Assembly (NCBI GenBank): GCA_050575255.1
Contig: JBNZDD010013724.1
Coordinates: 7,485,658 to 7,549,657 of the forward strand
Length of the DNA: 64,000 bases
Direction: 5' to 3'
Origin: Harriotta raleighana
Lineage: Eukaryota
The position numbers and the translations under genes were made by a program. Within the stretch, counting starts at the first letter, position 1. Each line of letters starts with the position of its first letter. The notes under the pieces are model-generated. The model saw only the letters and a list, made by a program, of their open reading frames with translations, ran no database searches and was not told the DNA's origin. Of the stretch, positions 25,488 to 38,951 are shown in pieces.

Positions 25488-27893
25488 ACAACAAGAACAA
25501 CAAAATTACACTTGTATACCACTTTTCAACATCAGGAGGATGTCCTAAGGTCTTGGACAGTCATTCTTTCAGACCCGAGCTATGGAGTGTGGAGGGAAAG
25601 GAGGGATGGGGTGACTGATGGGACCATCAAAGATGAGTGTCTTGAGGCAGGATTTGAAGGAAGTCGGGGAGGGTGTGAGGCGGAGGGACTGCTGGATGGA
25701 GTTCCAGAGGTTGAGGGTAGAGTGGCTGAACACTGGCCCGCCAATGGTGCGGCGGGTAGATCGGGGGCATGGAGCAGGTCAGAGCCTGCTGAGCGGATGC
25801 GGCAGGAAGATAGGTAGGAGGTCACAGAGGTAGGCCTAGGGGCTAGGCAATGGAGGGCTTTGAATGTGAGTACTAGGATCTTGAATTGAATCCAATGGAT
25901 GATGGGGAGCCAATGGAGTCAGGCAAGGAATGGGGGAGATGCAATCCCAAAGCTTGGAATGGTAAACGACCCAGGCCATAGAGTTCTGGATGATTTGTAG
26001 CCTATATAGCGAGGAATTTGGAAGACCAACAAGCAGGGCATTGGCGAAGTCGAGCCAGGATATGATGAAAGTATAAATGGTTTCAGCGTCTGACGTGTGA
26101 GGTAGTGGCGGAGTCAGGTAAGGTGAAGGAAGGCAGAGTGGGTCATGGCTTAGATTTGGGGGAGAAAAGACATTTGAGGATTGAACAAGACACCTAGATT
26201 CCTGACTGGCTTGGTTAGGTTGGGTGTCCAACGATCACGGTTAATGCTGCTAGTGCCTGACGCATGAAGGCCCTGGCGTGAGCCAATCAGGAGGGACTCG
26301 GTCTTGTTGATGGTTAACTGTAGAAAGTTAGCTCTCATCCAGGAATTGATGTCTGACAGGCAGTCTGTCAATACAGCGATGGTCCTGGAGTCGAGGCTAG
26401 TGGCAGAAAGATAGAATTGGATGTCATCCACATACATGAGAAGTTGACCCCACATCTGTGGATGATGTCACCTAAGGGTAGCATTTAGATGGTATCAAGT
26501 AGGGTGCCAAGACAGAGCCCTGGAGGATGTCATAGGTGACAGTGCTGGGGCTGGAAGTGAAGCCGTTGGTGGGGAGAAAGTGGATACGGTGAGAAAGTTA
26601 GGAATCAAACCAGGGGAGGGCAGGTCTGTGAAGATTGAGATGGGAGGAGAGGCTGCATGTAGGAAGTTGGAGTGGTCGACAATGTCGAAGGCAGCAGAGA
26701 GGTCAAGGAGGACAAGAAGGCAGAGAACCCTGATTACAGATGTTTAAAATGTCGTTAGAGACATTGACAAAGGCTGTCTCCATGCAATGGGCAGCATGGA
26801 AGCCAGTGATTTCGAAGAGGGATTGTAATAGATACAACAATAATAATAACAAAATTACATTTATAGAACGCTTTTCACGTTGGGAGGATGTCCCAAGGTG
26901 CTGAACAGTTAGGTCAGGACCCGAGCAGTGGGGGTGGGGGGTCGGGGTAGGGGTAAGGAGAGTAGGAGGAGAAGGAGAGTTAGGAGGGAAGCAGAAGCCA
27001 TGGTAAAAGAGCAAGGTCTTGAGACAGTTCTTGAAGGAGGAAAGGGAGGAAGCGAGACAAAGGGACTGTGGGATGAAGCTGCAGAGTGTTGGGGCTAGAG
27101 AGGCTGAAAGCCCGGCCACTGATGGTTGGGCGGTTTGGGTGGGGGACGTGGAGCAGGTCACAACTCGCTGAAAGGAGGAGACGGGCAGACTGATAGGGAG
27201 ACAGCAGGTCGGAGAGATAGGCGGGGGCAAGGCCTTGAAAGTGAGGAGGAAGTCTTGAATTCGACCCTCTTGGAGATGGGGAACCCAGTGGAGACGGGCG
27301 AGGGTGGGAGTGATGTGGTCATGGAGCCTAGTGCGGGACAGTACACGAGCTGCAGAGTTCTGAATAATCTGCAGCTTGTGAAGGGAGGAGCTGGGAAGGC
27401 CAACGAGGAGAGAGTTACTAAATGTGATGAATCCGTGGATGAGTGTTTCGGCAGCATGGTGGGGGTGAGGTAGAGGCGGAGTCTAGCAATGTTGTGGTGG
27501 TGGTGGAAGGCTGTACCGGTCATGGCGCGGATTTGGTGGGGGAAGGACAGTTCGGGTCAAACAAGACGCCCAGATTCCTGACTGGCTTTGAGAAGTGGAG
27601 AGTGCAACCTTGAATGCTGATGTTGCCAGCACCTGAGGTGCGGAGATACTGACGCGAGCCAATTAGGAGGGCCCCGGCTTGTTGACATTTAGTTGGAGGA
27701 AGTTGTTCCTCGTCCAGAATTCAATGTCAGACAAGCACGCAGTCAGAACTCCAGTAGTCCTGGAGTCGAGGGTGGACATGGAAAGGTAGAGTTGGGTGTC
27801 ATCCGCATACATGTGGAAATTTACCCCATGTCTATGGATGATGTCACTGAGGGGGAGCAGGAGGCGGAGGGAGCCCTGGTCGCAGATGTCAGA
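25488..27893 (-). mobile_element. Two L2 LINE copies in tandem or nested (25488-26830 and 26836-27893)
   Basis: Two separate (TTG/TTA)n tails and two RT cores ([16 protein letters not shown]). Confidence 0.93.
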
Positions 27894-30643
27894 TAGCAAT
27901 AAACACTAAAATTGTGGAAATTCTAATTTGTTTCTTGCAAATTTAACATAGAGTCACCGAGGTGAGCTTTTACTGATGGAACAAGTTGAACAGAATGCCA
28001 TGCATTGTGCTCGAGATATAATCACGTCACACTGTATCTTTGAGAGTGCTGCTGTGCCACGATTGTGTTCAAGTTGATTCCAGATGTGGAGTAGATTGTT
28101 CCCAAGCTCAAGGGAGCACTTCCAAATGAGGCTAATTCAAAAAAGTTGGTCTTCTGTCACTACATCGATTTGTTGCGCTCGGTGTACGTGCTATGTTATA
28201 TCTCTAAGGCTCTTTAACTTCCCATATTACTCACCAAATAAGTTCCTTTATGACTCCCAGCGTATTCTGCAGAATTTACCAATCAACCCCCTCTCCCCTC
28301 CCTTCACCCAACCCCTTCTCCCTTCTCTCTGCCCAACATCCCTCTCCACATTGTGCCTTCTGCCACTTCCCCACACACTTTTGTTTCCATTTCTCCCTCA
28401 TCATTCTCCACTCTAATAATCTGCATAAAACCTACTATTGGATTCCTTGGTGTCCCCTTCCTCCCCCCAATCCAGTTGCACCATCCAATTATCTCTGCTT
28501 TGGCTCCTGCTGCCCCAACCTATCTCTTTCCTCTAGCACTATCCCTCTCCCTATAAAATCTCTCTTATAAGCCGCTCTTCATCAAGCCTACCCTTGATCC
28601 AAATTTTCCAAATCCAAAATGCCACTCCACTCCAAAGTCTTGGAAGTCTTTGGTATCAGTAGTCAAACATTCAGCTACTATGCCCCTAACCTTTAAAACT
28701 TTCTTATTCACCTCCTTGGGATGTCCTCCAGACATGAAAGGTGTTATACAAGTCTAATTTTGTTGTTGTTTCTCACTGTACCCCTCTGTTTCATCCCCTC
28801 TCTGACTTTAAATCTTGCCATCTTTAACCATGTCTATGATCACCTCTCCTCTGCTAACCCCTTTTCCCCTTCTCCCTCTTTCAGCATCCCATTCCATCTG
28901 CATGAAAAATGCTGTATGAATCCAAATTGTTGCTTATGAGGGCTAGATTCCATTATTAGTTAATATTAAATACATTAATACTCCATTATAAAGTACTCTG
29001 TTATCTAAGGAAAATAAAGCATTATCTTAGACATCTTAGATATTTACAGTTATCTAAGAATATGAACAGGCTTCTAAGAAGGCTCCTACAACAACAACTT
29101 TGATTTATGTAGCGCCTTCCACGCTGTACAGCGTCTCAGAGCGCTTCACAATAATGGATCCCAGGGGCGAGCCAGGGGCAGGGGCAGAAAGGTGACCAAT
29201 GGAAGGGAATTCCAGCACCTCGGGGCCTAGTGGCTGAAGGCACGGCCGCCAATGGTGGAGGGGAGGATTTGGGGAACAAGGAGGAGGCCAGACCCAGTAG
29301 AGCAAAGGCAACTGGTTCTGTTTTGAGGAGAGAGGAGGTCAGAGAGGTAGGAGGTAGGATCGATTTCAAGAGGAGTGGAGGGATTTGAATATAAGGTGAG
29401 GATCTTGAAATCAATCCTCTCCAAGATAGGGAGCTAGTGAAGTCTGGCAAGGACTGGGGTAATGGAGGAGCGAAGTTTGGTGCGGGTACTTCCTAAGGTA
29501 CATCCTATTAGATTCAACATCCCCTTCACTGTTAGAATAATCACCTCCACCTCTCTAGCTTCCTTTCATATCTATGATCATAAATAAGGTATGCTAACTG
29601 AGGATATTGGCTCTTTCACAGATACCACTAACTAGGAAAAAATAGAAATAACCTTTATAAAATTGTCCAAATATTATTATTATATAAACTATTGTAACTG
29701 TGTTTTTTTTATTGGAACACAAAAAGTACTGATTTGTTTTCCTATTTCACAATGTGTACTGTAAAATATGATGAAAATCAGTGATACATTTAGCCATAAA
29801 AAAAAACAAATGTCATTAGCACCCGGGTTTAGCGTATTCCTACTTTAATTTCATGAAATTTATTTAAATCACGTATTAGCACGGACAACATAGGCTTTTA
29901 TAACAAGCTGAAACAACAGCTGTGGCACATATTGCTTCACGTATTTTATATATTTGTAATCTGCTGCTCTTAAATAGTTTCATACTTTACTGTTTATTGA
30001 CAGAGGCAATGGTTCAGCATGAACCAAGTGTTGCTGCATGTCCATTGATAATTTGGGTGGTGTTTCTAGCTGGCACAGTCCTCTAATGGCTCCAATATCA
30101 AAACAGCATGTGCTTTTGGTGAAAGTGCACAGAAAATTAAGAGTATCTCACATCTAAAGTATTTTAATATTTTGCTATTTTCCCAAAGAGACGTATTGGG
30201 CCATTACTAGGCCAGGGATTATAATTTACTTTATTTCAGCATTCAGATAACATTCGCCTAATTTCATTAGGATCAAAAGATCCTTTTTCCTTCACAATCA
30301 ATAGTTTCATTGAAGTAACCATGTACTGAGGCATTGTAACATAAAATATATTTTGGAATAATTTTCTTCTGTATTTCTGCAAAGAGCATTTCAATCATTA
30401 GCCAATAGAGTAACATAGAACATAGTGAAAAGGCAGTTGAATTATATATTTCATTACAGGACTAGAGTGAATATTTATTTTTTGCACTATCAACAGGATA
30501 ATATTTAGCTGTAATTAAGAAATAGTTTTTGTCCACATTTCTTAGTCTCTATCAGTCTCTGCGAGATTTCCTGATGTGCATAAAATACATGAAATGCAAT
30601 CTGCTTTCCCTTTTGCAGGGATCAGAAGCACTGGTAACAAATA

Positions 30644-31288
30644 CAGTAAAAGGCCGTTTATCCGGCACCTGTGAGACCTGGCCAATGCCGGTTAAACAGT
30701 TGGATCCGATGCCGAAAACCCAACACAATTTTTTTAAATTAAAAATTATTTTAACACATACCATATTAATAATAGACTAAATAATAACAGATAATAACGC
30801 TCGGATCCGACTCTGAAAATCCAACACAAAAAAATTAACTAACACATACCATATTAATAATAGACTAAATAATAACAGATAATAACAGAATATTGTATGG
30901 GTACTTTATTGTAAATGTTGTACACTGTACCATATAAATAATAGACTAAATATAGTAATAACAGATACTGTAATAACAGAATATTGTATTGGTACTTTAT
31001 TGTTTATACTTAACTTCTGCAATGGCAACCGCCACGGGAGGAAAAAAAATGGCAGCGCGACCTTAAAAGAAAATGGCAGCGCGACTTTTTAAAAAATAGC
31101 AGGCTTTACTAGCGACAAGCTGAAATACTTGTACAATACTCTTGTGCAATAGTCGATTCAATAAAGGCACCACCACCATACTTCCGGATAACTTCCGGTT
31201 CATCGGGTGGGGACTTTTTTCTTGACGTGAAACAGAAGTTAAACAGAAGTTCCACTTCATCGAGTCATGGATAAGCGGGCTTTTACTG
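30644..31288 (+). mobile_element. Tigger-like MITE, copy 2
   Basis: TA|CAGTAAAAGGCCGTTTATCC ... GGATAAGCGGGCTTTTACTG|TA terminal inverted repeats; AT-rich internal duplications. Confidence 0.9.
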
Positions 31289-31630
31289 TAATAATAATCT
31301 TTTCTTTTGATGTAGCACTTCATCATGTCTTCGAGACATCTCAAAGATCTTCACAGAATATACTGTAAAGTGAACAAAAGGTTTGAATGTTTTCCATCAT
31401 ATCACTGTGTTACAGAGAAGAAAATGACAAATTGTAGTATAACATAAGGCATAGGGACCAAAATTATCCATTACAGTATTAGTTTTCCAATTAGTTACCC
31501 ATTTAAGTGTCAGCCAAGTTCAGTTGGTAGTTTTCTCACATCACAGTGAGAAGTTTGTGGGTTCAAGTCCCACATCATGCTGCATTATTGTTGACTTCAC
31601 AACTGTTTATGGGTCATTGGAGTCCTATAG

Positions 31631-31938
31631 GAGCCCTGCAGAGCAGTGGTTAGAGCACTCGCCTAGCAAGGTTCGATTCCCAGCAGGTCAGGGCGAAACC
31701 TTGGGCAAGTTTCCTTCTCCACCTGCCTAACAATGATCCTTCAAAAAACATACAAGAACAAATTGTTCACTTCAATCCACAACCGTTTGTGGAACACGGC
31801 TGTGCACAATTGGCTGCCACGTTTCTCCCACAAACATACAGTCAATTCACTTGACAGTATATTTTGTGAAGGGTTTTGAGATATCTAGAAGAAGTGACTA
31901 TATCAAATGCAAGGATTATAATTATTACTATTATTATT
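31631..31938 (+). mobile_element. Deu-type tRNA SINE
   Basis: Head, body and (ATT)n tail. Confidence 0.88.
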
Positions 31939-33447
31939 GTGTGCAAATTGGCTGCTGTGTTTACCTATTAAATACACAGTCACTAAATGTTACAATATAT
32001 CCTGTGAATCCCTTTGAGACATTCTCCTGATATGAAATGCCACTGCTATATCATATACAAAGATTATTATTACTGGTATTATTAGAATGTTATTACAATT
32101 TAAATCACTGCGTAGATGTTTCTAAGTATTTTTCGGTGATGGATCAGCCACACCAATAATAAAAATAATAATAATAATAATCCTTGCATTTGATATAGCG
32201 CTTTTCAGGTCTTCTAGACATCTTATAGCATTTCACAGAATTTACTGTAAAGTTAATTGACTTTATATTTATGGGTGTGGTACAGCAGTGTACCACAAAC
32301 AGTTGTGGATTGAAATGACTAATTTATTATTCTTTAAAGCATAGTGAGTGCTTAGGTGCAATGTGAAGTTGATCAAGTTGGAGGAGGTATTGAGGCAAAG
32401 AGTAGCGGGGTTTCAGGGCATGGTTGCTGAAAGAGTGGCCACCGATGGTGGAGCAGAGGGGACGAGCAGCAGGACGGAGCCAGCCGAGCAGAAGGGAGCA
32501 GGCAGAGGAATGGGGTGTAAGCAGGTTGTAGTTAATGAGCACCAGTATCTTGAAAAATTGACACCAAAATTATAATAATGGTGCTTGCATTTGATATAGC
32601 ACCTTGTTGAGTCATTGAGACGTCTCAAAGCGCTTCACAGTATATACAGTAAAGTGTAGTGACTGTTTTTTGGGGCAACTACAGCAGCCAATTTGGCACT
32701 GCAATGTCCCACAAACAGCCATAGTTTAAGTGATTCATTGTATATAGGGCATTATCAGCCAAGATCCTGAGTGAGAAACTCCCTTCTCTCTTTGAACAGC
32801 GTCTTAGGGGATCTTGAACTTCCATCCTGAATAGGGCAAGAACATGGAGAGGTTTAATGTCTCACCTGAAAAACAAAGTCTCTGACAATGCAGCTGTTGT
32901 CCAGCAATAACAATTTGCATATACATAGCACTCCTCATNCACCTGAAAAACGGAGTCTCTGACAATGCAGCTGTTGTCCAGCAATAACAATTTGCATATA
33001 CATAGCACTCCTCATGCAAAGTAGCATCTCAGAGTGCATGACAGTGACGGAGCATGACGTTGAGACTGCTGGAGGTGACCAGGCTGGAATGGAGGCGGGG
33101 GAACTAGACAACACGAGAGTGCAGGAGACAGAACCTCCATTATATAACATATAATTCTATATTATATATATTATATTTTATTATAGATACAGATTAATGT
33201 CTATCTCTATGTACTCTATATACTTGTGAGTCCCAGTGTATTGTAATGTTATTTGCTATTTTTTAATTATATTAAGACACACATATTATCCCACCTTATC
33301 CCTATGCCTTTGTAAATCAATTTATAAAATAAGTGTGTTAAAATTTTTGCACGCCAGATGGTGATTATCCAAGTGTACCATTCATTAAGTATTTTTAGAA
33401 AAATGCTTTTAATTGATCAAGAAATAAAAGCGATCTACAAACATAAA

Positions 33448-33740
33448 TTAACAACTGCCATTACTTGCACTGCACTGAGAGGCTTCCAAGAAGCCAATCC
33501 ACTGGCAATAGGGCTGAGGTACAAAAAGCTTTATTCTTAACATAAAGTTAAAATAACCACACATGATAATTTGATTCTGAAATGTATTCCAGATACCAGA
33601 AGATAAAGACAGAATTTTTGCTTGGAAGTGTCCAGAAGGCATGGTCATAATTTTCTTCATCAACCAATATGTTGTCAGAGATAGGATTACTCTTTAGATT
33701 GTAAAGCATTCCATATCACAGCTGAATTTTCTGTTAAATC
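33448..33740 (-). pseudogene. Ig V-like domain remnant
   Basis: Single frame MECFTI*RVILSLTTYWLMKK...FNFMLRIKLFVPQPYCQ: Cys-Trp 14 aa apart and Cys-Cys about 67 aa apart, i.e. V-set spacing. Confidence 0.5.
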
Positions 33741-33874
33741 CTACAATTTTGATATAGTGCTTTTTTATGTTAGGAGGGCACCTCAAAGAGTTTCATGGGA
33801 TTTTCTGCAAGATGTAGTGACTGTGTATTTGGTACAATATGATTTGTCTTGGTGAAACCTAGAACCCTCTAGAT

Positions 33875-34330
33875 CAGTGGTTCCCAACCTTGGGTCCCGA
33901 CCCAAATCAGGGTCGCTGGGGTCCTCAGTTGGGTTGCGAAGGATCATCAGAGGGTCAACAGCTGCATTTTTTGTTGCTTTTTTAAAGTTGAAAATGCTTT
34001 TTTAATGCTAAAAAAAAAGTACCCGAGGTGACATCGCTGACCAATTTGTATGAAGCAGCATACTTACGAGTTGCACTGAGTCCAGAAAAGAGACGGAGAT
34101 ATCGTATTGACTGAGCTTCGCGTCAGTTGCGATGTCGCCTACTGAGGGTCAGGAGGACCTGTTGGTGGCTAATTTGGGTTGTAGGTGATTGAAAGCAACC
34201 AAGTTACCCACTAAACTATTTGGGTCCATTTATTTGAGAGTTTTNATATTGACTGAGCTTCACGTCAGTTGCGATGTCGCCTACTGAGGGTCGGGAGGAC
34301 CTGTTGGTGGCTAATTTGGGTTGTAGGTGA
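33875..34330 (+). mobile_element. hAT (Charlie-like) non-autonomous element, left part
   Basis: CAGTGGTTCCCAACC terminus preceded by CTCTAGAT, the typical Charlie target; right TIR not found; N34245 duplication inside. Confidence 0.7.
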
Positions 34331-34879
34331 TTGAATGCAACCAAGTTACCCACTAAACTATTTGGGTCCATTTATTTGAGAGTTTTGGGGGAAGAATTAT
34401 CATGCCTGAGAGACTTCAGAAGTAGATGCAAAATGCAATGAATAACAGGTGAAGTAATTCTCCATTGTGAAGTAATTTTTTTTCACTGGATTGTGTTAAT
34501 ACATCTTTAAAATACCCTTACATTTACCTGTCATTCTTCAGGAGAAACTTGTAATGCAGCAATCTAGTACTTTAAAATTTCTATTAAAAAAGAAGAAATG
34601 CCGTGGTGCAGATTTGATCTGAAATAGTTTCAACAGTAGGTCAGCAGTAGGTTGAGTTGGAAATGTCAGAAATTGTGCAGTAATAAGATACATCTAACAG
34701 GAACTCAATTTGGTCCACGTCTAGTTTAATTCAGTCTCACAAACTGTGCTGATATCACTGAGGTACTGTCGACAAGAATTACAAGGGGTCAGACTTCCTG
34801 AAGGGGCTATGCAATAGTTAAAGTTGAAAGCAAAAAACTTTTAAGGTATAAGATGGGGAAAATGACATTATTAGATACA

Positions 34880-35790
34880 ATTGCTGCACATGGTCAAATG
34901 TATCCAGGGCAGGAATTTGATTTATATGTCAGGATTGGTGTTCAGCAGTTAACACTAATGAGTTGCTCTATAGGATATCTGATTTGGTGCATTCTGAAGA
35001 CTGACAGTGCAAAGGCCTTTTGTAAAAACGCTTTGATCTAGTTTAAATTTGGAAGACAGCTGAACTGAAGGTAAAATATTTGATATTATGGCTAAATTTA
35101 AAAACTTCATACAATTCTGTATCTCCTTAAATTTTGGGATGAAATGGTTTTACAGTTTGGGATGAAATTATTACATCTCAGACCCCCTTATCTATGTGTG
35201 CCTTTTGAGTTCTGCACACACTGACACCCACCTGCAGTATTTAATTCTCTTATTGCTTATGAGATGCCGTGCAAAAATGTATCTCTGTCATCTCATATTT
35301 TTAACTATTGACGTAAAGAGATATAAATAGATTTATTTTCTTCCTGTTGTTGGCATCCTGAATGTGTCTTAATTTATAATCATAGCCTTTTGCCTGGTTA
35401 CACTGAGACTGAAAGTTACAACCTGGGATCAATCTATCTAATGAATGCATATTGGATTAGTGGAGCCGGCTCAATTATATTGGATGCTTCTAGCATTGAA
35501 ATTCTACACTGAACTCAAGTTCTCCCTCCAAATGCGTACACGTTGTACACACCAGTGACTTTTTTCTTCAATTTTACATTCAGACAAGGTGTCATTTAAT
35601 AGACAATCAGAATGTGGAGGTGCTTACTGCCGAGAGGGGATGATGTTGTTGGAACAGATGGATGCAATGAGTATAATGGGGGGAATTCAGTTTCAAGTCT
35701 GTTGCCAGCCAGTGAGGTGCTGACACAAGTATCACTTTGGAAAGCATAAAGTGGGCCAGATATACTGCATTTCAGAGATTGAATTTCAGC
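34880..35790 (-). pseudogene. Ig-like domain remnants
   Basis: QSLKCSISG...KHLHI / LNDTLSECKI (35530-35790); TKGLCTVSLQNAPNQISYRATH*C (34880-35066). Confidence 0.4.
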
Positions 35791-35967
35791 CTAACGTAGA
35801 TCTTATTAAGCCTCCAACCAGCATGATACTTGTGTTAAGATCAATTAGTTAAGGACTGTTGTCAAATCACTAATTTAATAAAGAATTTAATAAAAACACA
35901 ATGAGTATGGAATACATTCCAGAGGGGTTTTCTCTTTTCTGGGAAGAGTTGGTAGTAGATTAGCCAC

Positions 35968-37970
35968 ATAATAATAATATTAATAATAATCCTTAATTTG
36001 ATGTAGCACTTTTCATATTTTCTAGATGTCTCAAAGTGCTTCACAGATTATACTGTAAAATAAATTGATTGTACATTTGTGGGTAAAACACAGCAGCCAA
36101 ATGTGCACATCAGTGTCCCATGAACAGTCGTGGATTGAAATGACCAATTTATTATTTTTATTTGAGGGATTATTATCAGGCATGTGTAGTAAGGAAACCT
36201 TACTAACCTGCCTGGAATCGAACCCAGGTCTCTCACTTGCGAAGCGACTGCTCTAACCACTGAGCTGCAGGACATGACATTTAAAAAGTTAACTGAATAA
36301 TATCAGAATCATGAATCTTATGAAGAGATGTGTGTAATGCTTCTCAATATGTTTCAATCCCTTCCTAGAATCAGACCCTAGAATAAGAGTGTTTCATCAA
36401 AAAAGCTTTTCATTTAGCCCAATGTCCCACCCCTCATACTCTTTATATTCATCTGATTCTTTGTTTAACCACTTATGGAATTTCCTTCAATTACTGATTT
36501 TAGGGCAGTCATTTCCTAATCATTTTTACAATCCATTCCTCACAATAATTTCTCTAAATTCAGTGATACAGGCTCTTCAGTATTAAACTTTTATCCTCTC
36601 TGAAGCAAACTGATTGAAGGGATTAACACAGCATTGTGAGGAAACAGACTGTTGAAGATATATGTATATAATAAGAATATTCTTGCATTTGATATAGCTC
36701 TTTTCATGTCTTCTAGACATCTGAAATCGCTTCACAGAATATACCGTAGAGTGAATTGACTGTATATTTGTGAGCAAAATGCGGCAGCCAACTGCGCACA
36801 GCAGTGTTCCCACAAACAAACGAGGATTGAGTGACCAAATTGTTATTGTTTTTTTTTGAAGGATTATTATTAGTCGTGTGGAGTAAGGAAACCTGCCCAA
36901 GGTTTCACCCTGGCAATCTTTATAGCAAAAGGACATATAGAGGAACAAATGAATACGGGAAAATTAACAAAACCAGGCCATTCCACAAATCACAAATTCA
37001 TTAGATCTTCGCCGATCTTTTAATCCCAATTCCAACACACTTTTGCTTCCATTCATCCTTTGTCCTTCTACTATCTGTCTGTCTGTCTGTCTGTTTTTTA
37101 AACATCTCGGTTGTTTCCACAACATTCTAGAGGAAAGTTTACCGCATGCTACCAATCCTCTGTGTGATGAAATGCTTCCTAACTTCAGTTCCAACCTCCT
37201 TGACCCTAGTTTTGAGGCTTTGTCCATTTGTAATTACTATAATAATCCTTGCATTTGATATAGCGCTTTTCACATTTTATCAACGTCCCAAAGCGCTTCA
37301 CAGAGTATACTGTAAAGTGAATTGACTGTATATTTGTGGGCGAAACGCGGCAGCCAATTGCGCACAGCAGTGTCCCACAAACAGTCATGGATTGAAATGA
37401 CCAATTTTTTTATTATTGTAGTTTTTTTGGAGGGATTATTATTAGGCATGTGGAGTAAGGAAACTTGCCCAAGGTTTCGCCCCGATCTGCCTGGATTCGA
37501 ACACAGGCCTCATGCTTGTAAGGCATATAAGGCGAGTGCTCTAACCACTGAGCCACAGGAGCTCCACGATGTCCTTGGTACGTCCTCCTGATGTGAAAGA
37601 AGCTGTACAACTGTAATTTGTTGTTGTTGTTATGCATCCCTCCACCAGAGGGAAGAGTTGTCGACTATTTATCTAATAGTGGTCCATTTACCAACTTTGC
37701 CAAATCAGTGAGGTTTATTGTTGCTAAATATAAATGTCAGGGTTATTGTGTTTTAAATGCCATTACTCCACAATGTATTTTCAGTGTACTTTAAATCCAA
37801 CAAGTCATCAGGGAACATTAAAACTGAAATTTTACATCAGTTATTGGGGCTGCGTTTCTCCCATAAATATACGGGCAATTCACTTTACAGTATATTCTGT
37901 GGAGTGCATTGAGACGTCTAGAAGATATGAAAAGCATCATATCAAATGTAAGGATTATTATTATTATTAT
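35968..37970 (-). mobile_element. Cluster of Deu-type SINEs (35968-36273 -, 36672-36912 -, 37238-37563 -, partial 37845-37970 +)
   Basis: Repeated head/body/tail motifs. Confidence 0.88.
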
Positions 37971-38112
37971 GAAAAAGGTTGTTAATTTTCCCAAGTTGTT
38001 GATAATCTAATGAGTATAGTTTAGCTGACAATATCAGAGACATCAGAACCTGAGCGAAAATGGTAATATCATATTTATCCGTGTTTCAGCAGAAATGCAC
38101 ACATTAGTAGAC

Positions 38113-38156
<44 letters not shown>

Positions 38157-38951
38157 TGTTTGAGATCCAGGTCAGGAGTTTGAGCTCATAATCTATGCTG
38201 ACACCCAAATGCATTGTTGTGGATCACTGAATTGTCAGAGGTATTGTTCAGATAAACATTAAAGATTTAATAGCACTCTTCGAAAAGAGAAGGATATTTC
38301 TCATGATGGCATGAACATATCCTACAGATTGATTGATCATTCATCTCTTGTTGTTTGATTGTTTGTGGGAACTTACTGGATCACATGCTTGCAAAAATAA
38401 CATGGAGAGGCAGTACCTCCAATTGTAAAGCATTCTTTCAGTATTAGAGAAATGCAAATTATTTTCTCATTTTTCTTTCTGTGTGTTTGGAGGTACTGTC
38501 TCTCCACATATTCAACCTAAGGGTACCCATGCATGGCATTTATCTCATTGGGTTTATAACAAGCCCTGATGTTACAGGATGGAATATTCATGGAATCAGA
38601 TACTGTACCTTTAACAGTCACTGTTGTAGTATTGTACAGTACAATAATTATATTGTGGGAGAAGGATCCACAATTCTCTCTGCTACTCTGTTCCCAGCAG
38701 TTTTCCCGTTGACCAGACATTTCCAGTAACTAAATTACAGCATCTTTTAGTATGAAAATCACAAAAGAGGCAGGCTTTCAGACATTCTGCCTCCACTCCT
38801 GGAATTCCATCCTGGAATCCCTCCAACTCACTCGTCCCATATTTGAACGCACATGTTTGTCTCGAAACATACGTCTTTGATCACATATTTTGGTCATCTT
38901 TGGTAAAAAAACAATATATGTTGTTGTTGTTGTTTCCACTCTTCACTTTCC

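Noticed and set aside
27900-28270. Further possible Ig remnants (SHKGTYL, VKAHLGDS; also 21420-21740 ELKISRDD..LCKV and 5700-6254)
   Set aside because: Motifs are suggestive but their order and spacing are not convincing enough to list as separate features.
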